NCBI GenBank assembly: GCA_048213135.1
Contig: PS015049.1
Span: 67,499 to 127,295, forward strand
Source of the DNA: Reclinomonas americana ATCC 50394
Lineage: Eukaryota
Length of the DNA stretch: 59,797 nucleotides
Direction: 5' to 3'
Shown piece by piece: positions 37,945 through 49,204 of the stretch. How positions within the stretch are numbered: position 1 is the first letter of the stretch; each line of letters begins with the position of its first letter. The notes under the pieces are model-generated. The model was not told the DNA's origin. It saw only the letters and a program-made list of their open reading frames with translations, and did no database searches. A program made the position numbers and the translations under genes.

Positions 37945-39595
37945 CTATCTTTCATCGCCTTTTTCTGCAAGCAGCACCTGCTGTATCCTCTCTCCCATCT
38001 CACCCGGAACCGCCCAGTCGCTGTCGAGCCCGGCACGTCGCTGCGTCTGTGCCACCAGCCGCACCGCCGACCCACCGTCAAATGCCACCGACGCGCCTTG
38101 CCAGAGGTGAGCAAAGTGCTCGTTGCCCCACGTGTTGTGGCCGTGATACACATACGTGTACAACGCTGGCGCGTCAATCACCAACACGTTACTCTGTGCC
38201 TTGAGAATTTGTATAGCGTCCTTGTCTGAGCTCCGGTTCAGCGACGGGTACGCGGGCATGCGGGAGCGCAAACACAACAGCGAGTTCTCCCATGCGCGAC
38301 TGTTGGCCACATGCAGTGAGGGTGTCACGTGAGGCTGCGCGAGCTGCAATCGGCGCAGCATGACGGCCGGTGCAGGTGCGGCAAGGACGCCCTCTTGCTG
38401 CTCCTGATATTCGTTCACCGCCAACAGCACAGAGAGTTGCACGTGGATGCGATCGCGGTCGTACACGTCGTCATCGTCCCACACCATCACGTAATCGCCC
38501 GAGGCCTCGCGTACGGAGAGGTTGCGCATGTCGCCGAGTGTCTGTGACTCAGCATCAGCCATTACCACGACACGGATGCCGGCTTGTTGCTGCTGTCCGA
38601 AATCGCCCACCACCACCTCCAACATGCGCGACAGGCCTGGTGCACTCTCGGGCGAGGCCACAATCAGCAGCTCACGCTCCGGGTACGACTGCTGCATGTA
38701 CATGTAGGTGGCACGCGCTGCAAAGGCCAGCCGCTCCGGGCGCGAAGAGATCATCAGGCAGGAGACACGCAGTTTTGTTTCATCAGTAGTCGGCAGCGTG
38801 GGCGGTGAGAAGAAGCCCGGGGAGGCGATGACCGTGCCGTCTGCAGCCATGGGTGCCACCAACACGTACGGAATGTTGCTGAGTGCTGCACATAAACAGG
38901 AGTCAGAGCAGGGAGAGTAAACGAGAGAGCGAGTGCATTCGGACCGTGACCATCCTCGACCAACTGAGAGAAGGAGATGAGCACCAGAGGCGCGTGCGCT
39001 GCTGCAGAGAACACGCACTCACCCACTCTCCTAAGCTCTCGGCCAGCGATGGACACAATTCGCTGACTCGCGCCTGCTCCTCGCGCGGAGCCAGTGCCCA
39101 CACGCCGTTTGTCGTGAAAAATCGGTTGCCTCCACGCCGCATGTCGGCAGTGGTCACGATGCCATCCACGCACTTGAAGAGGAGCATGCGTCCAGTCTCT
39201 TCATCCAGGGAGCACCACAGCCTACCACACGAGCGGAGAACTGCTGGATGCGATTGGTCGGGGCACCAACAGTATCGACGCTGCAAAGGGCATCGTTGGA
39301 TGTGTGCATCTATTGTTCGCAACAGCAAGAGAGTGCACACTCGCAAGAGAGAGAGAGAGAGAAAGGGGAGGGCGCATGTTGCACGTACTTCCTCGCCGGC
39401 AGAGGTGAATCCAGGGCACTTGTCTGTGTGTACATGTTGTGTGTGAGTGAGTTTGTAAACGTCTGCAATTAATCAGTTTCTGTGTCTGGGTATGCAACGC
39501 GCTACATCCTGCTCACCACTGAAACTCAGCACATTGACGCACTGTGTGAGAAGCACGAGTGCAACGAGAAGCGCGGGAAACCGCACTCCTTGCAT
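37945..39595 (-). CDS. GT2-like glycosyltransferase, tandem copy 5
   Basis: Same motifs and exon structure; NRSSD in place of NRxED. Confidence 0.88.
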
Positions 39596-39952
39596 GTGCG
39601 AAGAATTTGTTGACCTTTTTTTTCAGACTGCCAACTGGTCGACCTAGTTGTTAGCTCCATGGAGCTTGTATTATTAATCGTTGGTGAGACTGAAAGAGGA
39701 AGAGAGTGAGAAGGACGAAGAGAAGAGCATGAGTATGTGCGTGTGTGAGAGAGAAAGAGAGAGCAGCGGCGTTGCCTGCAGCTGTGTCACTCAATCGAAT
39801 TATAATTAATAGTCCGAGAAAGCTTGTTGGGCAACGTTAACGCCATCGGGCGGCGCTGTGATAACAGTGGGGCGCCTCCTCCTCCTGCAGCGCACCTGTC
39901 TCTTCTTTTCTCTTGCCCCTCTCTGCAAGCCAAGCATGCACACGCACGTTCA

Positions 39953-41522
39953 CTAACTTGCATCACCGACTCCTGCGAGCACGAGCTGTATCCTCTTTCC
40001 CATCTCGCCCGGTACCGCCCAGTCGCTGTCGAGTCCAGCACGTCGTTGCGTTTGTGCCACCAGCCGCGCCGCCGGCTCACCGTCAAATGTCACCGACGAG
40101 CCTCGCCACAGGCTAGTAAAGTGTCGACTGTCCCACGTGTTGCGACCGTGGTACATGTACGTGTACAGCGCCGGCGCGTCAATCAACAGCACCGTGCTCC
40201 GTGCCAACAGCTGCTCCACAGCTCGTCTGTCCTCGTTCCGATTCAGCGAGGCATACACAGGAATGTGTGAACGCAGGCACAGCAGCGAGTTCTCCCATGC
40301 ACGATTGTGCAACACGTGCAACGAGGGTGTCACGTGAGGCTGCACGAGTTGCAGGCGGTGCAAGATAGAGGCCACGAGAGGCGCTGCTGGTGCACCCTCC
40401 TTTCGTTCTTGCTCTCGTTTCACCATCAACAGCGAGAACAGTTGCACGACGATCCGATCGTGGTCGTACACATCGTCGTCGTCCCACACCATCACGTAGT
40501 CGCCCGAGGCCTCGCGTACGGAGAGGTTGCGCATGTCGCCGAGTGTTCGCGACGTGGCGTCTGTCATTTCCACGACGCGGATGCCAGCTCGTCGTTGCAA
40601 CTCGCTGTTGCCGACGACCACCTCCAGCACACGCCGCAGACCGCGTGCACTCTCCTGCGAGGCCACGATCAGCAGCTCGCGCTCTGGGTACGACTGCTGC
40701 ATGTACATGTAGATGGCGCGAGCCGCAAACGCCAGTCGCTCCGGGCGCGACGAGATCATCAGGCAGGAGACACGCGGCAGCACATTGCCGATGTCGTCAG
40801 TGATCGACAACTGCGGTGAGAGGAAGCCGCCGGAGGAGGACCTGCCGTTCTCGTGCGCAGACACTCGTGCCTCCAGCACGTACGGGATGTTGGTGAGTGC
40901 TACACACGAGTCAGCGCGCGTAAAAGACAACACGCAAGCGAGCATGCAAACCATGACCATCCTCGATCAACTGACAAGCAAGACATGAGACGCGCACAAA
41001 AAGGGGGGCTACTGCACACACACTCACCCACTCTGCAAAGCTCTCCACCAACGAAGGACACAGCTCGCTCACTTGCGCCTGCTCCTCGCGCGAGGCCAGC
41101 ATCCAATGACCATTTTTCGGCAGAAATCGATTTCCTCGACGCCGCACTTCGGCCGCTGTCACTGCGCCGGCGACGCACTTGAAGAGAAGCGTGCTTCCAC
41201 TCTGTCGATCCAGCGCGCACCAACGCGCCTGGCAGGCCCGGACAGCTGCCGGATCCGGCGGCGATTGGTCTGGGCACCAGCAGAATCGACGCTGTTTACT
41301 TTGACATGAGAGACATGAAGGGAAAGAGAGCACGCGCATGTGTCTGCGCATACCTCCTCGCCAGTGGACGTGAATGTGTGGTGATTTGCTGCGTGTGTGA
41401 CAATGAGTTATGATCAGTCTGCGCGTGTGTGTCGCATTGTGTTGCTCACCGCTGAAGCTCAGCACCGCGATGCAGTGTGTGAGGAGCACGACTGTGATGA
41501 GCAGCAGCAACAACACTCGCAT
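39953..41522 (-). CDS. GT2-like glycosyltransferase, tandem copy 6
   Basis: Same motifs and exon structure; most divergent N-terminal domain. Confidence 0.88.
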
Positions 41523-41720
41523 GAGTAGAGTGAGCGCGCGAGTTTCGTTGATTGGTGGTCTGAAGACGCGCGTTCAACTTGACTTGGTTGAACACATGAG
41601 CGCGGCTGGTGGCGCAGAGAAAAGAGGGTGAGTTTGTGCGTTGTATGTGTTGAAGGGGAGAGTGAGGGGGAGAGAGCGGGAAAGAGAGAGTTGAGTCGAG
41701 GTGGCGACCAAAGTGCATGA

Positions 41721-41784
<64 letters not shown>

Positions 41785-41993
41785 ATGTGTGTATGTTTGT
41801 GTGTGTGTTGTGTATGTAAGGAGGGCGAGGTGGGAAAGAGATAGAGAGAGTGGTATGGACAAGTGGCGCCAAATGTGATGTGTGAGAGAGACAGAGCGTA
41901 TTCACCACTCTGCATGTACATGTATGCACTGTTGTTTAGCGAGGGATGTAATGTGCATTCATTGACTTTCATCTCGCAGTGTCAAGCGACGCG

Positions 41994-44436
41994 ATGGCGA
42001 AGTCGCTGCCGACCTGTTCCGAGTTGCTCTCCTCCTNNNNNNNNNNNNNNNNNNNNNNNNNNNNNNNNNNNNNNNNNNNNNNNNNNNNNNNNNNNNNNNN
42101 NNNNNNNNNNNNNNNNNNNNNNNNNNNNNNNNNNNNNNNNNNNNNNNNNNNNNNNNNNNNNNNNNNNNNNNNNNNNNNNNNNNNNNNNNNNNNNNNNNNN
42201 NNNNNNNNNNNNNNNNNNNNNNNNNNNNNNNNNNNNNNNNNNNNNNNNNNNNNNNNNNNNNNNNNNNNNNNNNNNNNNNNNNNNNNNNNNNNNNNNNNNN
42301 NNNNNNNNNNNNNNNNNNNNNNNNNNNNNNNNNNNNNNNNNNNNNNNNNNNNNNNNNNNNNNNNNNNNNNNNNNNNNNNNNNNNNNNNNNNNNNNNNNNN
42401 NNNNNNNNNNNNNNNNNNNNNNNNNNNNNNNNNNNNNNNNNNNNNNNNNNNNNNNNCCCCGCACTCTTCCTGCTCTCATCGCTCACTCCGTCTGCCGCAG
42501 TTCCGTGGCGACATTCCCGAGAGCGAGGTCTTCTCGCAGCTGCTCGACATTGAGGAGCGCATCGATCGGCAGCTGAAGCGGCGCAAGCTGGATGTGGCCG
42601 ACGCCATGAATCGCCTCACCAAGGCGCAGGAGATGCTGCAGCTGACGTTTTCCGGCACGCGCATGGTCGACCCCGCGAACCCCGCGAATCAGCACATTAT
42701 GATCTCTGTGGACGCGGGGATGCCGACGCGCACCGTCAATGCGCCGACCTCGTTTGATGAAATGTGCACGCGCGTGGTGCTGGAGGTGATTGTGGCGCCT
42801 GTTTGTGCTCTCCGCGTTTTTTTCTTACCACGCTGCACAGGTCGGTTCGCTGGCCTCGGGCACGTCGGCCGACCAGCTGATGACGCTCGAGTGGGACGGA
42901 GCCGGGCGTGTGCGACCCTCGGCCGACCGGCCTGTGCACACGGGCACGCTGGAGGAGGAGCGAGTTGCGTGACNNNNNNNNNNNNNNNNNNNNNNNNNNN
43001 NNNNNNNNNNNNNNNNNNNNNNNNNNNNNNNNNNNNNNNNNNNNNNNNNNNNNNNNNNNNNNNNNNNNNNNNNNNNNNNNNNNNNNNNNNNNNNNNNNNN
43101 NNNNNNNNNNNNNNNNNNNNNNNNNNNNNNNNNNNNNNNNNNNNNNNNNNNNNNNNNNNNNNNNNNNNNNNNNNNNNNNNNNNNNNNNNNNNNNNNNNNN
43201 NNNNNNNNNNNNNNNNNNNNNNNNNNNNNNNNNNNNNNNNNNNNNNNNNNNNNNNNNNNNNNNNNNNNNNNNNNNNNNNNNNNNNNNNNNNNNNNNNNNN
43301 NNNNNNNNNNNNNNNNNNNNNNNNNNNNNNNNNNNNNNNNNNNNNNNNNNNNNNNNNNNNNGCACTGTACCTTTCTCGCGCAAGTCCACGCATTCATTGG
43401 GTGTGCTGTTGCAGCCGACACGCCTGGCGTGGCGCTTGCCATATGTGGCCGCTCAGTTCTCGATGCCACCTGCCACGCTGCCGGCCTCGGCGGGTGTGGA
43501 CACGAAGCGGCCGTATCTGTGGCTGCGCGTGCACATTTTCGTGAACCACCAGCCGCCGCGGTTTGCACTGTCGCCGGCTCTGCGGGTGCTGGTTCCTGGC
43601 ATCGACCACGGCTCCAAGGCCGACATTGTGGAGGCTGTGTGGACGCACCTCAAGCAGACGCAGCAAGTGGACTTGACCGGTGACGGTGACTGTGTGATCC
43701 AGGTGGCCAGCGAAGCATTCCAGCAGCTGTTTGGTGGCCGCACCGAGATTCCCGTGTCGCGGCTGGTGGCTGAGATCGAGAGGCACCTCACGCCGCTGCC
43801 GCCCGTCACCATGGAGCTGTGGTATTCGTGAGTCGCTGTTGGGGGTGTTGTCTGCGCACTGTGCGGCTGGCGGTGGCGGCTGACCTGTGAGTGTTTTTGC
43901 CAGGCACTCGATGAATGCGCCCGACAGCAAGAAGCTGGAGACCAGCATCTACACGACGGGTGTGTCGACCGTGGAGGACGATCCGCGAACGGAGCAGGAG
44001 GTACGCATATGCAACCGCCGGCCTGCCCGTACGTATTAGCTAATGTTCGTGATGTGCCGCAGATTCGCGAGCTGAATCGACAGATTGCCGCCGACATTGA
44101 GACCATTACGCAGCGACGGCAGCGGCGAGCGTTCCTGTCGCAGTTTGCCGAGTCACCGGTGCATGTGTTGGAGAACTTTGTTGTGCAACAATCACGTAAC
44201 TTGCAGGTTTTGTGGTGGCGCGTGGGGTGGAAGGAGGCGTTGCAAGTGTCTGGCTGACCGTGGTGTGTTTCTTGTTTTGACAGGCTTTCCAGGATCGCGA
44301 GAGAGAGCTGATGCGCCGGAGTGCATTGTTCACGAAGCCGTGGATCATGGACGCTGTCTCGCACTACGCTGCCGTTGAGCGGCAAAAGCGGAAGCAGCAA
44401 CAGCAGCAGCCGCCGCCACCACCGCCACCGCAATAG
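41994..44436 (+). CDS. SMARCD: SWI/SNF subunit SMARCD/BAF60-like (SWIB domain); two internal gaps, start uncertain
   Basis: IPESEVFSQLLDIEERID...PPRFALSPAL...IVEAVWTHLK...HLTPLPP...RRAFLSQFAESP...QQSRNL...RRSALFTKPWIMDAVSHY. Confidence 0.85.
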
Positions 44437-44924
44437 TGCAATTGTGCCGCGTACGAGTGCATGACCATAATGAAGAGAGAAGCACACGGAAACCGGACCC
44501 AATATTATTTGACACGCAGGGTACAGTCACAAATTGACACAAAAACTAGATGGCGGAAGCAACAGACCACAACCGACACGATGGCACACGAGTTCGTGCG
44601 CACAAGACGCGCANNNNNNNNNNNNNNNNNNNNNNNNNNNNNNNNNNNNNNNNNNNNNNNNNNNNNNNNNNNNNNNNNNNNNNNNNNNNNNNNNNNNNNN
44701 NNNNNNNNNNNNNNNNNNNNNNNNNNNNNNNNNNNNNNNNNNNNNNNNNNNNNNNNNNNNNNNNNNNNNNNNNNNNNNNNNNNNNNNNNNNNNNNNNNNN
44801 NNNNNNNNNNNNNNNNNNNNNNNNNNNNNNNNNNNNNNNNNNNNNNNNNNNNNNNNNNNNNNNNNNNNNNNNNNNNNNNNNNNNNNNNNNNTCCCTCTCC
44901 CTCTCCCTTTCGCCCTGTTCACAG

Positions 44925-45228
44925 AACCTGCTCAAGACGGAGAGCTTGGCCAACAAGCCGTTCCTCATTCTCGGCAACAAGATCGACGTCGGCCGTGTCA
45001 ACGAGGAGCAGCTGAAGCGCATCTTGGGCATTGAGAACGAGTGCACGGGCAAGGATGTTGCGTGTGGGAGGCTTGTGTGTGTATGTGTGCGGAGAGAGAG
45101 AGAATTATTGACTCGATGTGCAGGGTGGCAAGGCGGAGGGCAAGCGCCCATTGGAGGTGTACATGTGCAGCATCAAGCTGGAGATGGGCTACGCCGAGGG
45201 TTTCCAGTGGCTGGGCAAGTACCTTTGA
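44925..45228 (+). CDS. SAR1: SAR1 GTPase, last two exons (on the gap-bounded, apparently inverted contig 44892-45541)
   Basis: NLLKTESLANKPFLILGNKID...RPLEVYMCSIKLEMGYAEGFQWLGKYL*. Confidence 0.92.
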
Positions 45229-46664
45229 AGAGGGAGAGAAAGAGAGTAGCGTTTGAAGATTGTTTGTGTATGTGTCTTGGAAGCGAAGCAGTGCGAGAGA
45301 GAGTGATGGTGAAAATGGAGTTGAGAGCTTGTGCAGACAGAGGTGGTCAGTGAAGAATGATTGGTCGTTTTTCCCGTGCGCCTCCTTAGAAGAGCAAAAA
45401 ATGCGAAAGGAGTGCGGCAGCGCCAGGTCACTCGGTCGTTCGATGAGGCCACATGGCGGGCCATTTTGAATGTTAACAAGGTATTGCAAAGTAAGCGCAC
45501 GCCATTGGCCTTTCGCTTCAGTTGTGAGTCGTGTGGTGGCANNNNNNNNNNNNNNNNNNNNNNNNNNNNNNNNNNNNNNNNNNNNNNNNNNNNNNNNNNN
45601 NNNNNNNNNNNNNNNNNNNNNNNNNNNNNNNNNNNNNNNNNNNNNNNNNNNNNNNNNNNNNNNNNNNNNNNNNNNNNNNNNNNNNNNNNNNNNNNNNNNN
45701 NNNNNNNNNNNNNNNNNNNNNNNNNNNNNNNNNNNNNNNNNNNNNNNNNNNNNNNNNNNNNNNNNNNNNNNNNNNNNNNNNNNNNNNNNNNNNNNNNNNN
45801 NNNNNNNNNNNNNNNNNNNNGAGGGGGAAAGGGAGAGGGACAGGAAGAGGGGGCAAGGTGAGGGACAGGGAGAGGGGCAAGGTGAGGGACAGGGAGAGGG
45901 AGAGGGAGAGGGGGCAAAGGTGAGGGACAGGGAGAGGGGGAAAGGGAGAGGGACAGGGAGAGGGGGCAAGGGTGAGGGACAGGGAGAGGGGGTAAGGGTG
46001 AGGGATGGGGTGAGGGACGGGGAGAGGGGGCAAGGTGAGAGAGAGGGGGCAAGGGTGAGGGATTTGATAGAAGGGCGAGCGCATACAGTTACAAGATTTG
46101 CTGGTGGAAGAACGGAACCCCGTAACAACGGAAGGAGGAGAGGAGCGCAGCAGCAGACACTGGATGCAGAGAGTCTGAGAAGACAATTTGCCGCAGTGAG
46201 CATCACCCACATCGGCAGAATCACACAGCATGGAGACACGCATTTGCTACAAACAGAGCACAAGACGCAATCCCTTGCAACACAGACAGCCCAGACAGCA
46301 ACCCACGCGACATTCATGCATCCGAGAATGAGAGCGAATCACACCGGTGATGCAACACCACGAAATATGCCCTCCTGCCAACTAACTCTCCACCACCAGC
46401 ACACGCCACTCTCTACTAGTGCGCTCGACGACACACGCACACACACACGAACGGAGTTGAGGAGTGACCAGGGTGCTCAAATCCGTTGAAACAAGCAACA
46501 AAGAGATGTGCCAACTCCTCACGGACAACAACAAGCACACAACACACTGTGTGCGCTACGTCACCCCCAAAAAACACACAACAGCAGAGAGGACAAGGAG
46601 GAGCCCCGACAAGTCCGTCTTTTGCGCGACGACATGTCCACTCTATTTGCGCGTGTGACGCAAC

Positions 46665-47208
46665 ATCCAACTCAGCGCGCGACTCATGAATGCGGTCCTC
46701 GTCGCTCGTGTCCACCAAGAACACAATAGCATCACATGTGGCAAAGTACGACGGCCACAGGCGGCGAGCTGAAGAAAAAAGAGTGAGAGACATGTTTGAG
46801 CGCGACTCAAGTCACACACAGACAGAGAGAGAGCCGACCTGGTCCATGGCCACCCATGTCCCACGCGTTGAACTTGATGTTGCCCATGGAGAACTCCTCC
46901 TCAGCTGCCACGCACAAGGTAACAGTCAGTCAGCATTCATGTCACAGGTCTCGCTCAAAGTGTGTTTTGCGCAACTTGGATGTGCGGTGGGCATCGCCTG
47001 CACCTTTCGATCATCCTTCAGTGTGTGCAACAGTGTCGTCTTGCCGGCATTGTCGAGTCCCAACAGCAAAATCGTTCCACTCTTGCCATACAGACCTACA
47101 CACAGCAACAAGAGCTCTCAGAAGTCTCACTCTTATTGAGAGGCTCCACAACACGTGAGGCTCACCAAGTGCGGTCAGCAGGCTGTAGAACCATCGCACC
47201 AGAAACAT
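46665..47208 (-). CDS. SAR1: SAR1 GTPase, first four exons
   Basis: [19 protein letters not shown]...[18 protein letters not shown]...PTAHPTEEE...WDMGGH..ARRLW...AIVFLVD...ESRAELD. Confidence 0.93.
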
Positions 47209-47584
47209 CTTCTCTCTCTGTGAGTGACAGAAGGTGTTAGTTGACGCGTGTCATACTCATGTTGTGAGTCACACAGTTGTCTCAAGCACACGCGGGAGAC
47301 GGAGGTACACACACAGAGAGAGAGAAAGAGAGGGGAGCGAGAGCAGAAGGCGTGCGCGTGTGTCACACAAGAGAGACAAGTCAGAGATGGCACGTGGCAT
47401 AACAACTTGCGCGCACACGCTCTCTCACACACACAAGCGCGCACAGAAAGAGAACACACATACGCAGAGAGAGAGAGAGGCCAGGCGCGCACCTTCTCTT
47501 CTCACGTCCAACGCGAAAAAGTGTGTGTGCACCGTTACTCGCCGATCGACCGACCGGAGCACCTATCCAACTTCAATCGGCCAG

Positions 47585-48648
47585 ATGCGGTGGCTTCCGC
47601 TCGTTCCCGTGGCGCTCACTGGCGCTGGCGTGGCGGCCTCTGCGCTGCTTCTGCACAACGTCGACGTCACGGCGCCAATGCTGCGCGCGTCGTTTGCGTC
47701 CTCGTGCCCCGCGCACTTTGATGACGTGCCGCGCTCGGCCGTGCATGTGTGGGCCGCGCTGGCCATGCGTCCTGCGTGGCAGCCGCACGTCGCGCAGCAC
47801 GTGTCGCTCACAGAGGCGTATGGGCATTTGTTGAATGAGGACGATGATGTCGATGAGTGCAAGCAGACGGCGTCGACGTCGCTGCTGTGCACGCTGGCCA
47901 AGGTGCAGCATCCGCGCATGTTTCTCACAGAGCAAGGTGCCTGCGTCTACGTGCGTTTCCTTTTTACATTGCAGTTTCCTCATATCCGCCACCAGCGCTT
48001 TTACTGCAGCAACTGCGCGAGTGTGGGACGCCGGCAAGCGACCGTGTGCTGGCCGTCAATGTGGCGCATGAGGTGTTGAAGGGCGAGCCGAACCCGTTCA
48101 CGCTCTCCGCGCTCCGTCACGTCTACGACCGCGCGTTGCAGCACGAGACCGATCCGCAGCCCTTTGCGCAGCTGGCGGCCACCGAGACGCGGCGTGTGGC
48201 CTCGGGCGCTCTCCAGTGCGTGCGCTACGAGTTCACTCCAACGCAAGTCACCGTGCGTCTCCACGAGGCCACTGCCGTGTGGGACTTGCGCGACTGCCTC
48301 GTGCCCATGACAGCCGCCACGGTCACTGCGCAGTTGACTGCGCTGCTGTGCCGCCCACCGCCGCCGCAGCGCAGCCTGTGGCTCTCGCTCATGTGGTTCA
48401 CCATTGCCGGTCTCGGCTCCTTCATCGCACAGCGTGTCGCCGTGCGACCCCTGGCCATGCACGTGGCCGGAGCACACCCGGAGCCGGGAACCCCTCGCGC
48501 GGCCGCCACCGATGCCGCTCGCCTCACCGCGCTCCCTCTGCTGACGCTCCTGCTCAGCCGCGCGAGTGTTCCCATGGCCGTGGCCTCACTGTGCGCAGTC
48601 GCCTGGGCCGAGTTCGGCGCTCCCTGCTCAGTGACCTCCAGTTGGTGA
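47585..48648 (+). CDS. Unknown protein with a hydrophobic N-terminus and C-terminal TM helices (2 exons)
   Basis: Two long GC-rich reading frames joined by a plausible GT-AG intron near 47937-47995. Confidence 0.55.
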
Positions 48649-49197
48649 GCCGCGCTCAACGCGCACTCGCGGCGATGGCGATCGTGCCGCCGTGGCAGCT
48701 GGTGCTTTCGTCACCAATGAGCGCTGTGACAGCAAGCCACCACGTCCACGAAGCATTGACTGCGCGGCGGCCGCAGAGGACACTGGCGCCGCCGCTGTTG
48801 TCGACGAGGAGGACGATGCCATGAGCGGAGGAATGAACTCGTCCTCGCCATACATCGCTGCTGATGACGATCCCGGCCCGCTCAGCCCCAACAGCAAGAG
48901 AAACTCATCAAAGTCGAGTCGCTCTCGTGACTGCAACCCGCGTGCCGCACGCAGCATCTCAAACTTCTCCTCCGGCACCCCGGACAGCGTCCACAGAATG
49001 TGTCTCAAAGCCGCCTGTGAGTGTGTGAGTGAGTGAGAGAGACAGCACTCGCGCGCGTGTGTGTATGTATATGCACTGACCACATCAACGAGCCCATCGG
49101 AGCCGGTGAGCAAGCTGAGAGCTTCTTGTGCGCGGTCACGTGGCGTGCCCATGGACAGTTCAATGTCGCTGTGTTGCTCGCGGGCAGTTGATTGCAT
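48628..49197 (-). CDS. Small degenerate calmodulin-like (EF-hand pair) protein; start at 49197 or 49152
   Basis: After removing the CA-repeat intron 49015-49080: AQEALSLLTGSDGLVDVAALRHIL...EEKFEML...LDFDEFLLLL, paralleling the calmodulin C-lobe. Confidence 0.55.
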   Translation of the reverse strand: MQSTAREQHSDIELSMGTPRDRAQEALSLLTGSDGLVDVVSAYTYTHARECCLSHSLTHSQAALRHILWTLSGVPEEKFEMLRAARGLQSRERLDFDEFLLLLGLSGPGSSSAAMYGEDEFIPPLMASSSSSTTAAAPVSSAAAAQSMLRGRGGLLSQRSLVTKAPAATAARSPSPRVRVERGSPTGGH

Positions 49198-49204
49198 TGT
49201 ACGG

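Noticed and set aside
30120-41522. GT array as assembly duplication or uncollapsed alleles
   Set aside because: The copies differ substantially in introns, spacers and protein sequence, and the array contains no gaps.
44892-45541. SAR1 3' exons on the opposite strand to its 5' exons
   Set aside because: Gap-bounded contig whose leading tccctctccc tract continues the minus-strand CT-rich intron ending at the 45821 gap edge. Scaffolding inversion.
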